Part shown: piece after piece, positions 33,589 to 42,912 of the stretch | Numbering within the stretch: position 1 is the first letter of the stretch | Layout of the letters: each line of letters begins with the position of its first letter | Source of the DNA: a virus | Virus record (IMG/VR): IMGVR_UViG_3300028024_000007 | Location: 1,650 to 65,649 of that record | Length of the DNA: 64,000 bases | Strand: one strand, 5' to 3' | Notes under the pieces: generated by a model | The model's database searches: none | Told to the model about the DNA's origin: nothing | What the model saw: only the letters and a program-made list of their open reading frames with translations | Made by a program: the position numbers and the translations under genes

Positions 33589-33996
33589 ATGCAGGAAGTA
33601 ATCGAGATGGTCGAACGCGCTCTCCACCGCATCGACCACGTGCTCATGACCGTGGAGGGCATCGCCAGGAAGGTAGAAATCATGTCGCAGCAGATGAACG
33701 ACCTCGAGACCCAGATCTCCCAGCTCACCGCCCAGGTCGCGGCCAGCGTGACCGTGGAGCAGTCGGCGCTCACCCTGATCCAGGGGATCAACGCCCAGCT
33801 GTCCGCTGCCGGGACCGACGCGACGAAGCTCGCTGACCTGCGGTCGCAGCTGATGGGGAGCGCCGAGGCGCTCTCCGCCGCCGTCGCCGCCAACACGGTG
33901 GCCGTCACGCCGGCTCCCGCCCCGGCCCCCGATCCCGCGCCGGCTCCCGCCGCGGACCCGGTGCCCCCGGCCCCCGAAGCGCCGCCCTCGACCTGA
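33589..33996 (+). CDS. Coiled-coil protein with a Pro/Ala-rich tail
   Basis: TVEQSALTLIQGI..QL..AGTDATKL...LSAAVAANT; ATG 7 nt after TACCGT. Confidence 0.65.
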   Translation: MQEVIEMVERALHRIDHVLMTVEGIARKVEIMSQQMNDLETQISQLTAQVAASVTVEQSALTLIQGINAQLSAAGTDATKLADLRSQLMGSAEALSAAVAANTVAVTPAPAPAPDPAPAPAADPVPPAPEAPPST

Positions 33997-34001
33997 CCCG
34001 C

Positions 34002-34030
34002 TTGACGGTCCGCGCCCGGGGACCCAGTCT
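34002..34030 (+). promoter_or_regulatory. Putative promoter
   Basis: TTGACG-N17-CAGTCT, then RBS AGGAGG. Confidence 0.55.
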
Positions 34031-34080
34031 CAGGGGCGCGGACCGCGCAATCTCGCGCCACCCCGCACCAGGAGGACGCG

Positions 34081-34383
34081 ATGGATGAACCGAAGAAGAA
34101 CCCGCTCGGCGGCGGTCGCCCGAACCAGCAGCAGGACCTGACGAACGAGGCGCAGCCCCCCGCCCCGGCGAAGGCCGCGAAGCCCGCGGCGAAGGTGGCG
34201 GCGAACGAGGGCTGGTTCATCGTGAAGAAGGGCGGCGTCGTCTCCCGGCAGCACGGGCAGATGAAGCTCCCGGAGGGCGAGGTGATCCACTCCTCGTCCT
34301 ACGACCCGGCGAAGCTCCGCCAGGCCGGCATCCAGCTCGAGGCGTGCGAAGCGCCCGAGTGGCACACGGCGGCGCAGGGCTGA
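34081..34383 (+). CDS. Hypothetical protein (head-neck region)
   Basis: RBS AGGAGG. Confidence 0.65.
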   Translation: MDEPKKNPLGGGRPNQQQDLTNEAQPPAPAKAAKPAAKVAANEGWFIVKKGGVVSRQHGQMKLPEGEVIHSSSYDPAKLRQAGIQLEACEAPEWHTAAQG

Positions 34384-34442
34384 CGGGGGCGGGCGGGGGC
34401 CGACACTCGCCAGCCGACCCCCGCCCCTGCTAGGGTGATCCG

Positions 34443-34868
34443 ATGGCCGAGAACACCGCCATCCTGAGCCAGGAGGAGAAGACGTCGGTCCTCCTCCACA
34501 TGGGCTACCAGGCCCAGCAGATGGCCTCCGCGTCGATGTCTCTGGGCATCCCGTCCGCGACCCAGCCGATGTTCCTGGTGGCGTCCGCTCTCGAGCGGAT
34601 CCCCGAGTCGGCGGTGGGTGAGCTCCGGCGCACCCTGGGCCACCTCGAGCGGATAAAGGTCCGCCTGATGGACATCGTCGAGCAGCTGGACGTGAGCGAG
34701 ATCGGGAACATCAAGCTCCGCGAGGACGCGACCAACGCGCTCGAGCGCGAGTACAACCGGTGGGCCCAGCGGCTCTCAAACTTGCTCGGCGCGCCCCTGA
34801 ACCCGTACGCTGAGCGCTACGCGACGACGGCCGGGGTGGGCGCGTCTCGACCAGTCATCCACTTCTGA
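34443..34868 (+). CDS. Probable head-tail adaptor
   Basis: Helical 141 aa; position after the capsid gene. Confidence 0.55.
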   Translation: MAENTAILSQEEKTSVLLHMGYQAQQMASASMSLGIPSATQPMFLVASALERIPESAVGELRRTLGHLERIKVRLMDIVEQLDVSEIGNIKLREDATNALEREYNRWAQRLSNLLGAPLNPYAERYATTAGVGASRPVIHF

Positions 34869-34881
34869 GGAGCAACGGCAG

Positions 34882-35382
34882 ATGAACACACGGCGAATCA
34901 TCGACAAGAACAACGGGACCACTCGGACCGAGCGTTGCAATGAGCCGGCCCTCGAGACGGCGAACGCGCGGTTCGAGCAGATCGGCCAGTTCCGCGTCGA
35001 CTCCCTGGCGGCCAGCCAGGCGGGCGTCGCCGAAAAGTACCAGGGGATCGACGCGAACGCCCAGACCAGCTTCGTGGCGGGGCGCGCCGGCCACATCGTC
35101 GGCCTGGCCTGGACCCTGAGCACCGCGGTCACTGCCGGCGTGTGTACGGCCCGCGCGACGATCGCCGGCACCGCCGTGGGTGACACCGCGAACCTCGCGG
35201 CCCCCGCGACGTCGACCTCCGGCACGCTGCAGTTCGGGGTCCCGGTCGCCTTCAACGCCGGCGACAAGCTCGGCGTGAAGCACACGACTGACGGCAGCTT
35301 CACCCCGACGCCGCACGTTGGCGTCGACCTGCTCATTCGCTGGACCTCGGTCGAGCCGTCGGTCCCCGAGCAGCTCGCCTGA
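34882..35382 (+). CDS. Beta-sandwich virion structural protein
   Basis: RBS GAGGAG; Thr/Ala/Gly-rich strands; FNAGDKLGV motif. Confidence 0.55.
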   Translation: MNTRRIIDKNNGTTRTERCNEPALETANARFEQIGQFRVDSLAASQAGVAEKYQGIDANAQTSFVAGRAGHIVGLAWTLSTAVTAGVCTARATIAGTAVGDTANLAAPATSTSGTLQFGVPVAFNAGDKLGVKHTTDGSFTPTPHVGVDLLIRWTSVEPSVPEQLA

Positions 35383-35399
35383 AGCGAGGGTAGGACCCC

Positions 35400-36014
35400 G
35401 TGTCGGCCGACCGGACACAGACGGGCGTCCCGGGGTCCCAGATCCCCGAGGCGTCCGGGCAGCTCGAGGGGCCGCGCGTCGACCAGGTGGCCGACACGCT
35501 GGCCTGGCGGCTGACCGGCGTGGTCGACCGGGTCCGCCGCCTCAACTCGAAGTTCGGGATCCGCCGCTGGCGCGTCTACCTGGTCCACGTGGAGTGGACG
35601 GGCGGGCGCCGGGGCAGCGGCGAGCAGAGGGAGATCTCCCGCCGGGAGATCGTCCCGCCACCGCGGGTCCGCGACGTCGACAGCATCCGCCGGGTGGTGC
35701 AGCCGACCGGGACGATCGAGGACGGCGAGGTCATCGTCGACGAGATCTCCAACCGGTTCACCGAGGACGACCTGATGGGCCGGACCCCGGACCTGCAGGA
35801 CCCTGTCCTCCAGCGGACGTCACGGCGGGCGGTGGACTTCTTCTACGAGATGGTCGAGCTGCGGCCGTCGCAGCCGAAACCGGCCCGCCGGCGGTTCAGC
35901 CCACCGGTGGCGGTGCCCGAGCTCCAGCGCGACGGGCTCGGGTGGGTGGTCACGATCACGAAGCAGGACTACGACCGCGGCCGGAACGGCGGCACCCGCC
36001 GGGAGGACTTCTGA
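35400..36014 (+). CDS. Probable head closure / stopper protein
   Basis: Gene order; G.IEDGEVIVDEIS pattern. Confidence 0.5.
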   Translation: MSADRTQTGVPGSQIPEASGQLEGPRVDQVADTLAWRLTGVVDRVRRLNSKFGIRRWRVYLVHVEWTGGRRGSGEQREISRREIVPPPRVRDVDSIRRVVQPTGTIEDGEVIVDEISNRFTEDDLMGRTPDLQDPVLQRTSRRAVDFFYEMVELRPSQPKPARRRFSPPVAVPELQRDGLGWVVTITKQDYDRGRNGGTRREDF

Positions 36015-36015
36015 C

Positions 36016-36525
36016 GTGCCGGGCCAGGTCTACAGTTTCTCAGAGATGGCGAAGGTCTACCGCGAGCACGACCGCACGGTTGAGGACGCCGTGAAGGTCA
36101 TCCGCAAGACGGTGAAGGTCAGCGGCCCCCGGCGAGTCCAGGAGGTGATCTCCGCCCTGGCCAGGAAGCCGGTGGACCGCGGGACCTACCGGCGCAGCTT
36201 CCAGTACGAGGACATCGAGGGCGGAGCGACGGTCTACAACTCCGCGCCCTACGCCGCGGTCATCGAGTACGGGCGCCGCAAGGGGGCGAAGGGCCCGCCG
36301 CTGAAGGTCCTGATGGAGTGGGTCGTGCGGAAGAAGCTCGTGGCCGGCGGCCGGAAGGCGAACCAGTCAGACGTCAGGGGCGTCGCCTGGCTCATCCAGC
36401 GCGCGATCAAGCGTCGGGGGATCCCCGGGCGCCACGTCCTGGGGATCGCCTCGCGGAACATCCAGGCGGACGTGCGGCAGGCCCTGCGAGCGGAGCTAGG
36501 AGGCGGCGGTGCCCATAACCCGTGA
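36016..36525 (+). CDS. HK97 gp10-like tail completion / neck protein
   Basis: NSAPYAAVIEYGRR...PP...L.EWV.RK...AW.IQRAI.RRGIP motif. Confidence 0.75.
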   Translation: MPGQVYSFSEMAKVYREHDRTVEDAVKVIRKTVKVSGPRRVQEVISALARKPVDRGTYRRSFQYEDIEGGATVYNSAPYAAVIEYGRRKGAKGPPLKVLMEWVVRKKLVAGGRKANQSDVRGVAWLIQRAIKRRGIPGRHVLGIASRNIQADVRQALRAELGGGGAHNP

Positions 36526-37150
36526 GCAGTTCTCCCGGATCCGCCGGTGCGACCTGGAGACGGCCATGGCGCGCGCCCTGGTGGAGCTGGTCCGGGGCCG
36601 GTCGTTCACGGCGCCGGGCGGCCCGGTCCGCCTGCTCGAGGTGTACGAGGAGTGGCCGGACCTGAACGACGGGAACGTGGCGCCGGCGGCGTGCGTCCTG
36701 CCGGACGGCGACCTGACGATCTCCGCCCCCCAGGCCACCCCGGCACTGATGGAGGACACCTGGGAGCGCCAGGGCGAGCCCGGGTTCGGGCTCTACAAGC
36801 TCGGCGAGGGGACGAAGGACTTCCTCCTGGAGGTCCGCGCGTCCTCCCCGGAGGAGCGGTCGGCCGTCGTGGGCGGGCTGGAGGACCTCCTGGCGGTCGA
36901 CCCGGAGGTGCTCATGACGGACCAGGGCACGCGCTACGGGGTCGTCGTCGAGCTCGGGGACTACTACCGCGTCCCGGCCCGGTTCACGCTCCTCAGCTCG
37001 CGCAAGCTGGACGACAGCGACAGCGCGGCCAAGAACATCGAGGAGGCGCAGCTGGTGGTCCGGTGCGACGCCCCGAAGGTCATCGTGGGTCCGGTGCAGC
37101 CGTTCAAGCTCAACCTCGTCGTGTCGACCGGCGAGGGGCCGATTCCTTGA
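36509..37150 (+). CDS. Probable tail terminator
   Basis: Directly upstream of the sheath gene. Confidence 0.55.
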   Translation: MPITREQFSRIRRCDLETAMARALVELVRGRSFTAPGGPVRLLEVYEEWPDLNDGNVAPAACVLPDGDLTISAPQATPALMEDTWERQGEPGFGLYKLGEGTKDFLLEVRASSPEERSAVVGGLEDLLAVDPEVLMTDQGTRYGVVVELGDYYRVPARFTLLSSRKLDDSDSAAKNIEEAQLVVRCDAPKVIVGPVQPFKLNLVVSTGEGPIP

Positions 37151-37176
37151 CGCCCGTTTCACGGGTAGTCCAGGAT
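37147..37176 (+). promoter_or_regulatory. Putative promoter of the tail sheath gene
   Basis: TTGACG-N18-CAGGAT, then RBS GGAGG. Confidence 0.6.
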
Positions 37177-37194
37177 GGTCCGCGGAGGCCGTAG

Positions 37195-38901
37195 ATGGCA
37201 TTTGTCCTGCGCCGCGACACCACGCCGACCCTAGCCGAGATCACGGCCGTCCCTCAGATCGTCATCATCGACGACACCGGCCCGGTCATCTCGATCGGGA
37301 CCGCCCCCGGCATCTGCGTCTGCATCGGGGAGTTCGTGAAGGGCCCCTTCGTCCCCACCGAGATCGGATCGTCCGGCGAGCAGGCCGCCCTGTTCGGCGG
37401 GACCGTCTACAAGTACTTCAGCCAGTCCTCCGCCGGCATCCAGGACGGCTCGGCCGACGTGACCCTCTCCTCCATCGGCTACGCGCCGTGGAACGGCAAC
37501 GGCAACCTGTCGCTGCTGAAGAAGCCATTCCGCCGGCTGGCGCTCCTGCGCGTCGACCACGAGGCCGTGACGGCGGACGCCGGGACGACCAAGGCCGCGC
37601 TCTCGCTGACCGTGACGGTGGCGTCGGTGGACCAGGACGGGTCCAGCAACACGAACAAAGACATCGTCCTCCCCGCCGGCGCACGGTTCGGCTCCTCGAG
37701 CACGTTCGCCGCGTCGACCCGGGTGTTCGCGCTCTCCGGCGACTACACGATCCCCAAGGGGACCGCGCTGACGACGAACGCCGTGACCATCACGGCGCCG
37801 TGCTTCCCGATCCGCGTGGTCGAGCCGGTGGTGGCGACGGCCATCGCGGCGATCGCCAACGTGCTGGACCCCGCGCTCCCGAACGTGGCGGCCGGGACCA
37901 CCATCACCGCCGTGAACAACGCGACGGTGCTCTGGCCCCAGGGCGCCGGGACGACGCTGGCGGCGCGGCTCGAGGCGCAGTACCTGGCGGCCATCAACAA
38001 GACGATCCCCGGCGACGGCGACGTGACCCCGAACATCGTGGTCAACTGGTCGGCCCGCCGGACCTCGGCGATCCGCGTGGCCCTGGTGGCGAACGCGGTG
38101 GCCTGCTCGGAGATGGGCCGCGGGAGGATGGCGGTGGTGGCGGCGGACCCGGCGGCCGACGGGACGGTGGCCTCGGCCTCCGCCGCGAAGACCGCGGCCA
38201 TCGGCCTGGCCGGGTCGGACGGCTACGCCCAGCCGGCGGACCGCGCGGTCATCACCTTCCCCCACCGGAAGATCACCGTGCCGGACTTCGGGTCGGTGAA
38301 CGTGACGACCGACTCCTGCTCGGCCATGGCAGCGACCCTCTCGAACATGCCGGAGGAGCAGAACCCCGGCCAGGCGAACGTCTACATCCAGGACATCACG
38401 GAGCTGGAGGACGCGTTCAAGAACAGCCCCCTGGAGAAGACCGACCACGCGAACCTGATCCGCGCGGGCGTCTGCGCGCTCTACAAGGACCGCGCGACCG
38501 GCTGGCAGTGGATGCAGGGCGTGACGGCGGCGAACAGCGCGTCCTACCCGACCCGCACCAGCATCAAGCGCCGGCGCATGGCGGACTTCATCCAGGACAG
38601 CCTGGCGGAGCAGGCCGCCCCGTACCTCAAGAGCCCCGCGACCACCGACCGGGTGGACGCCCTGGTGGCCGAGAACATCGCGTTCCTCGAGCTCCTGCTG
38701 GCGACGGCGACGCCGTCGGCGCAGCGGATCGCCGAGTACAAGGTCGACCCCGACGGCGGGAACACGAGCGCCCTCATCGCGCTCGGGATCCGCACCATCC
38801 TGGTCTACGTCCGCATCCTGCCGACGAACGACTACATCGTCTACCGGACCCAGATCGGGGAGACGGTCGTCATCCCGGTCACCGTCCAGGCCGCCGCCTG
38901 A
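37195..38901 (+). CDS. Contractile tail sheath protein
   Basis: IGEFVKGP..PT.I.S near the N-terminus; C-terminal I..RRMADFIQDSL, RIAEY.VD...N...LIALGI..I.VYVR...T.DYIV. Confidence 0.9.
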   Translation: MAFVLRRDTTPTLAEITAVPQIVIIDDTGPVISIGTAPGICVCIGEFVKGPFVPTEIGSSGEQAALFGGTVYKYFSQSSAGIQDGSADVTLSSIGYAPWNGNGNLSLLKKPFRRLALLRVDHEAVTADAGTTKAALSLTVTVASVDQDGSSNTNKDIVLPAGARFGSSSTFAASTRVFALSGDYTIPKGTALTTNAVTITAPCFPIRVVEPVVATAIAAIANVLDPALPNVAAGTTITAVNNATVLWPQGAGTTLAARLEAQYLAAINKTIPGDGDVTPNIVVNWSARRTSAIRVALVANAVACSEMGRGRMAVVAADPAADGTVASASAAKTAAIGLAGSDGYAQPADRAVITFPHRKITVPDFGSVNVTTDSCSAMAATLSNMPEEQNPGQANVYIQDITELEDAFKNSPLEKTDHANLIRAGVCALYKDRATGWQWMQGVTAANSASYPTRTSIKRRRMADFIQDSLAEQAAPYLKSPATTDRVDALVAENIAFLELLLATATPSAQRIAEYKVDPDGGNTSALIALGIRTILVYVRILPTNDYIVYRTQIGETVVIPVTVQAAA

Positions 38902-38924
38902 TTTCAAAAGAGAGGAGCTGAGCA

Positions 38925-39368
38925 GTGGCTGACGAACTGAGGGTCAAGGGGCAGGAGATGCAGATCCGCCTCACCAAGGGCGGGGAGCTCCTCCGGACCA
39001 TCACCGCCATCGAGAGCCTGACGCTCACCCTGAAGGTGGACATCATCCGCAAGGGGTACCAGGGCGAGACCATCGACCGGCGCGACGACATCTACCGCGG
39101 CGTCGGCGTGGAGATCGCGATCGACGCCGAGTCGCCGGACGTGATCGACCTGCTGACGGCCATCCGCGACCGGGCGGCCCGCCGCACGGCCAACGCGAAC
39201 GTCCAGATCAACCTGACGTTCAGCATCAACTTCCTCCAGAAGCGCGCCCGCATCACGGTCCCGGACCTGATGTTCCAGGACCCGAGCCTCACCAGCTCGG
39301 GCCGCGACGCGTACATCTCCCTGCGGCTCTCCGGCGAGGGGCAAGACTTCATCCCCATCGGGCAGTAG
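38925..39368 (+). CDS. Tail tube protein
   Basis: 147 aa beta-rich protein right after the sheath. Confidence 0.8.
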   Translation: MADELRVKGQEMQIRLTKGGELLRTITAIESLTLTLKVDIIRKGYQGETIDRRDDIYRGVGVEIAIDAESPDVIDLLTAIRDRAARRTANANVQINLTFSINFLQKRARITVPDLMFQDPSLTSSGRDAYISLRLSGEGQDFIPIGQ

Positions 39369-39418
39369 CATCGGAGCCCTGGTCCCCATCCCGGGCGACC
39401 TGAAAGGGGCACGAGAAG

Positions 39419-39799
39419 ATGAGCGACCGAGGGAGTCTGGAACCGAAGCTTCTGGCGAGGCCGGTGCTGTCAGCGACGATCCCGGAGGCGGCGCGCGCCT
39501 TCCCGGACACGGACGTGAAGACGTTCAAGATGCGCGCGCCGACCCTGCAGAACGAGATCGACGCCGCCCGGGCGGCCGCGCTCCAGGGGGGGACGGACGT
39601 CTCCCTGAAGGCGGAGGTCATCCGCCGGTGCGTGTTCGAGATCAACGGGGTCGAGGTGAAGGACTTCGACTGGCTCGAGGGCCAGAGCCAGCAGGTCCGG
39701 ATGTTCCTCGACCTCGCCATGGCCAAGCTCACCAGCACCGGCCTCGGCAAGGAGGAGACGGACGCTTTTTTAGCCGGGATGTCGATCGGAATCGGGTGA
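39419..39799 (+). CDS. Tail assembly chaperone (G)
   Basis: Between tube and tape measure; slippery site near its 3' end. Confidence 0.75.
   Translation: MSDRGSLEPKLLARPVLSATIPEAARAFPDTDVKTFKMRAPTLQNEIDAARAAALQGGTDVSLKAEVIRRCVFEINGVEVKDFDWLEGQSQQVRMFLDLAMAKLTSTGLGKEETDAFLAGMSIGIG
39766..39772 (+). other. -1 programmed ribosomal frameshift site T TTT TTA
   Basis: XXXYYYZ heptamer in register (GCT TTT TTA). A -1 shift enters the frame of the ORF ending at 39972. Confidence 0.8.
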
Positions 39800-39972
39800 C
39801 CGTGGAGAGGTTCGACGCGACCCGGTTCGAGCGCGACTGCTTCAACCGGATCGCGTACATCTGCCGCTACGCCCACGTCCCCATGGTCGAGGTCCTGTCC
39901 CTGACCCGCCGCGACGCCGACCTCCTGCAGCGCGCCCTGTCCGGCATCGTCCAGGAGGAGAACGGGAAGTAA
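39796..39972 (+). CDS. Tail assembly chaperone, frameshift extension (T part of GT)
   Basis: RIAYICRYAHVPMVEVLSLTRRD...L...IVQEEN; ends 1 nt before the tape measure ATG. Confidence 0.7.
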   Translation: MTVERFDATRFERDCFNRIAYICRYAHVPMVEVLSLTRRDADLLQRALSGIVQEENGK

Positions 39973-39973
39973 C

Positions 39974-41713
39974 ATGGGCGAGCACGAGACGAGGGAAGTC
40001 AGGACCGAGTTCACCGCGGAGGACAAGGGCCTCCGCGGGCAGCTCTCCCAGATCTCCGGAGCGTTCGCCCACGCCGGCCACCAGACCGAGGGACTGCGCG
40101 ACCGGATCCGCGACTTCCGCAAGGAGCAGGGACTGACGACGGTCGCCGTCCTGGGCCTGGGCTACGGGATCGGGTCGGTGTTCGAGCGCATCAAGGAGGA
40201 GAACGCCGAGTTCGGCCGCGCGACGAAGGGCATCGCCGGCGTCCTGTCCGGCGCGCTGAAGTTCGACGAGGGGACCACCGAGGTGAACCGCTACACGCGG
40301 TCCCTGGCCCTGGCCAAGGATGTCACGGAGGAGCTCGAGCACACGGCCGGCCGGTTCAACCTCCAGTTCACCGACGTCGCTGAGGTCTACAAGAAGACCG
40401 CGCTCGCCGCCGGTAGCATGGGCCTCTCCCAGAAGCAGGTCATGGAGCTGACGGAGAAGACGTCGGCATCCGCGGCCCGGTTCCAGATCCAGGGCGGCGA
40501 CGCCGTCAACACCGTGGTCCGGGCCCTCCGGACGGGCGGCGTCCGCGGCACGGACGAGTTCTCCATCTCCCTGGACCGCCTCCTGAAGCGCATGGGGAAC
40601 CTGAAGAAGATGAACCAGGAGCAGCGCTTCGGCGCCATCCAGAAGGCGCTCGGTGGGTCGGTGGAGATCGCCGACGTCATGGCCGGTGGGATCGGCGGCG
40701 CCGTCAGCCGGGCCCGGATGGTGATCGGTGAGACGCTCCGCGACCTGACGTCCCCCGTGTTCAAGGAGGTCGCCACCCGCCTCGAGTCCTGGGTGAAGCA
40801 CCTGCGCGAGGCACGCGCCGGGGCGAAGCCACTGATCGACGAGTTCTCCGGGAAGCTCCTGTCCGCGTTCAAGACGCTCGCCGACATCACGTCCACGCTC
40901 AAGGAGCACTGGATGTCGATCGGCGCGGTGGTCGCCGGGATGAAGGTCGGCGGCCTCCTGACCGGCATCGCCGGGGCGCTCGGGAGCGCCGGCGGCGCGC
41001 TCGGCGGCGGCGGCCCCCTGGGCTACCTGGGGGGCAAGCTCGGCGGGCTGGGGGGGATCGCCGGGTCCCTCGGCGCGCTGGCCCCGGCGCTGGGTGGGAT
41101 CGTGACGGCGGCCGCCCTGGCGTCCATCGCCCTGAAGGGCGTCTACGACGAGTGGCAGGGGCGGAAGAAGCAGGCCGCCGACCTCGGCGGGTTCTTCTCC
41201 GAGATGGGGAAGGTCGCCGAAACGCAGCAGTACATGCAGAAGCACCTCGGTCTGTCCTCCGACCAGGCGCAGGCGGGGAAGGACTTCGCCGCGACGCACG
41301 CGGCGGCGGCGGCGGAGATCTTGAAGGCCAAGGGCCTGTTCGAGAACGGCGCCCTGGCGGTGGAGAAGTTCAACGGCGTGGTCGACTCGATGAGCGACGA
41401 CGTCCGGAAGAAGTTCGCCGAGTCCCTGGGGCTGAAGGGCCTGGGCGACGTGTCGAGCGGGATGCTCGGTGCGGCCGCGACCGAGCTGTTCCAGAAGACC
41501 TACAAGCCGGTCGTGGCTGGCGCCGGCGCGGACGACGCGAACCGGAAGTTCGCGAAGCAGGTGGTGAACAACAACTTCACGGGCGGCATCCACGTCACCT
41601 GGAAGAACGAGGAGACGGACCCCGACCGGGTGTTCGTCCGGTTCATCGACCACATCGAGAACTACACCAGCCGCCGGACCCAAGCGGTGACGGCGGACCC
41701 GCTGTCGGAGTAG
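39974..41713 (+). CDS. Tape measure protein
   Basis: Helical Ala/Gly-rich sequence with central hydrophobic GGxLG repeats; follows the chaperone. Confidence 0.85.
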   Translation: MGEHETREVRTEFTAEDKGLRGQLSQISGAFAHAGHQTEGLRDRIRDFRKEQGLTTVAVLGLGYGIGSVFERIKEENAEFGRATKGIAGVLSGALKFDEGTTEVNRYTRSLALAKDVTEELEHTAGRFNLQFTDVAEVYKKTALAAGSMGLSQKQVMELTEKTSASAARFQIQGGDAVNTVVRALRTGGVRGTDEFSISLDRLLKRMGNLKKMNQEQRFGAIQKALGGSVEIADVMAGGIGGAVSRARMVIGETLRDLTSPVFKEVATRLESWVKHLREARAGAKPLIDEFSGKLLSAFKTLADITSTLKEHWMSIGAVVAGMKVGGLLTGIAGALGSAGGALGGGGPLGYLGGKLGGLGGIAGSLGALAPALGGIVTAAALASIALKGVYDEWQGRKKQAADLGGFFSEMGKVAETQQYMQKHLGLSSDQAQAGKDFAATHAAAAAEILKAKGLFENGALAVEKFNGVVDSMSDDVRKKFAESLGLKGLGDVSSGMLGAAATELFQKTYKPVVAGAGADDANRKFAKQVVNNNFTGGIHVTWKNEETDPDRVFVRFIDHIENYTSRRTQAVTADPLSE

Positions 41714-41716
41714 TCT
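41687..41716 (+). promoter_or_regulatory. Putative leaderless promoter overlapping the tape measure stop
   Basis: GTGACG-N18-TAGTCT, with ATG 7 nt later. Confidence 0.5.
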
Positions 41717-41723
41717 GGGCAGC

Positions 41724-42905
41724 ATGCCCGGCGCAGAGCTCGACTCGCAGGCAGGCGCCTTCCAGATCCGCGTCCTGGAGGGCGAGCTGTCAGTGGCCCA
41801 GCTCCAGCCCGGGGAGACGGCCGGCGTCATCAAGCTCTCCGGGCGGGCCGGCCCGCTCCAGGGGCTGGTCTACGAGGGGAGCCACCGGGTCAAGACGACC
41901 TACTACCCCGGCAACCAGAACGGCTCCCAGCAGGCGCTCGGCGCCACGGACAAGCCCATGGTGGTGGCGGGCGAGTGGAACGACCGGTTCCTGGGCGACG
42001 GCGCGGCCATGGGGCTGATGAACCTCCTCGACGACGTGCGGGCGCGCGGCGTGTCGGTGGAGGTCTCCTGGGGCGGGGCCATCTCCGGCTCGAGCGCGAC
42101 GGGGTCGGCGCTGGTGCGGGTGGGCGTCATCACGAACGCGAAGTTCAGCCCGGTCCGGGTCCAGGACGTCCCCTGGGAGCTGACGTTCGAGTGGCGCGGC
42201 CGCGGGACGCCGACGGCGCCCGCCATCACGGCGACCCCGAAGCTCAACCCGCGCCAGGACGTGGCCGACGCCACGGACGACCTGGAGATGTCCTCGGCCA
42301 TGTGGACGGCCTACTCGCAGGGCCCGGTGAGCCAGGTGGGGTTCTCCCAGCTGGTGGAGCAGGTGATGGCGAACGCCCAGGACTCGATCGAGACGGCGGT
42401 GGCGGCGCTGCAGAGCGGCCAGTCGGCCATCCAGGCGGCGACCGTGATCCCCACGCAGGCGGCGCTCCGGATGATCGGGGCGGCCGAGGACGCGGTGGCG
42501 TCGGTGAGGCTCATGGAGCGGACGCTGCTCGAGACGCCCCTCCTACTGGTGGAGGTGCGCGACAGCGCGCTCGACCTCCTGCGCGTGACGGACGACGTGT
42601 TCACGCAACTGCTGCAGCACGGCCAGTCGAAGGAGACCTGCCTGCGCGTGCGGGACGGCGTGGTCGACCTGGTCGAGCCGGACGTGGTGGCGGCGGTGGA
42701 CGCGCCGGCGGGGACGTCCTACCGCGACCTGGCGCTCCGCTACTACGGCGACCCGGACCTCGGGTGGGCGATCGCGCAGTTCAACGACGCGGACGGGATG
42801 TCCGTCCCATCGCAGCCGGACGGGCCCGGGGACACGCCCCCCCGCCCGACGTACATCCCCCGCGTGCAGCCCGGCGCGACGTCGGACCTGCGGGCCCAGT
42901 GCTGA
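41724..42905 (+). CDS. Tail tube initiator / baseplate protein with C-terminal LysM-like domain
   Basis: GTSYRDLALRYYGDPDLGWAIAQFN...YIP motif. Confidence 0.7.
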   Translation: MPGAELDSQAGAFQIRVLEGELSVAQLQPGETAGVIKLSGRAGPLQGLVYEGSHRVKTTYYPGNQNGSQQALGATDKPMVVAGEWNDRFLGDGAAMGLMNLLDDVRARGVSVEVSWGGAISGSSATGSALVRVGVITNAKFSPVRVQDVPWELTFEWRGRGTPTAPAITATPKLNPRQDVADATDDLEMSSAMWTAYSQGPVSQVGFSQLVEQVMANAQDSIETAVAALQSGQSAIQAATVIPTQAALRMIGAAEDAVASVRLMERTLLETPLLLVEVRDSALDLLRVTDDVFTQLLQHGQSKETCLRVRDGVVDLVEPDVVAAVDAPAGTSYRDLALRYYGDPDLGWAIAQFNDADGMSVPSQPDGPGDTPPRPTYIPRVQPGATSDLRAQC

Positions 42906-42912
42906 GGTCGGA

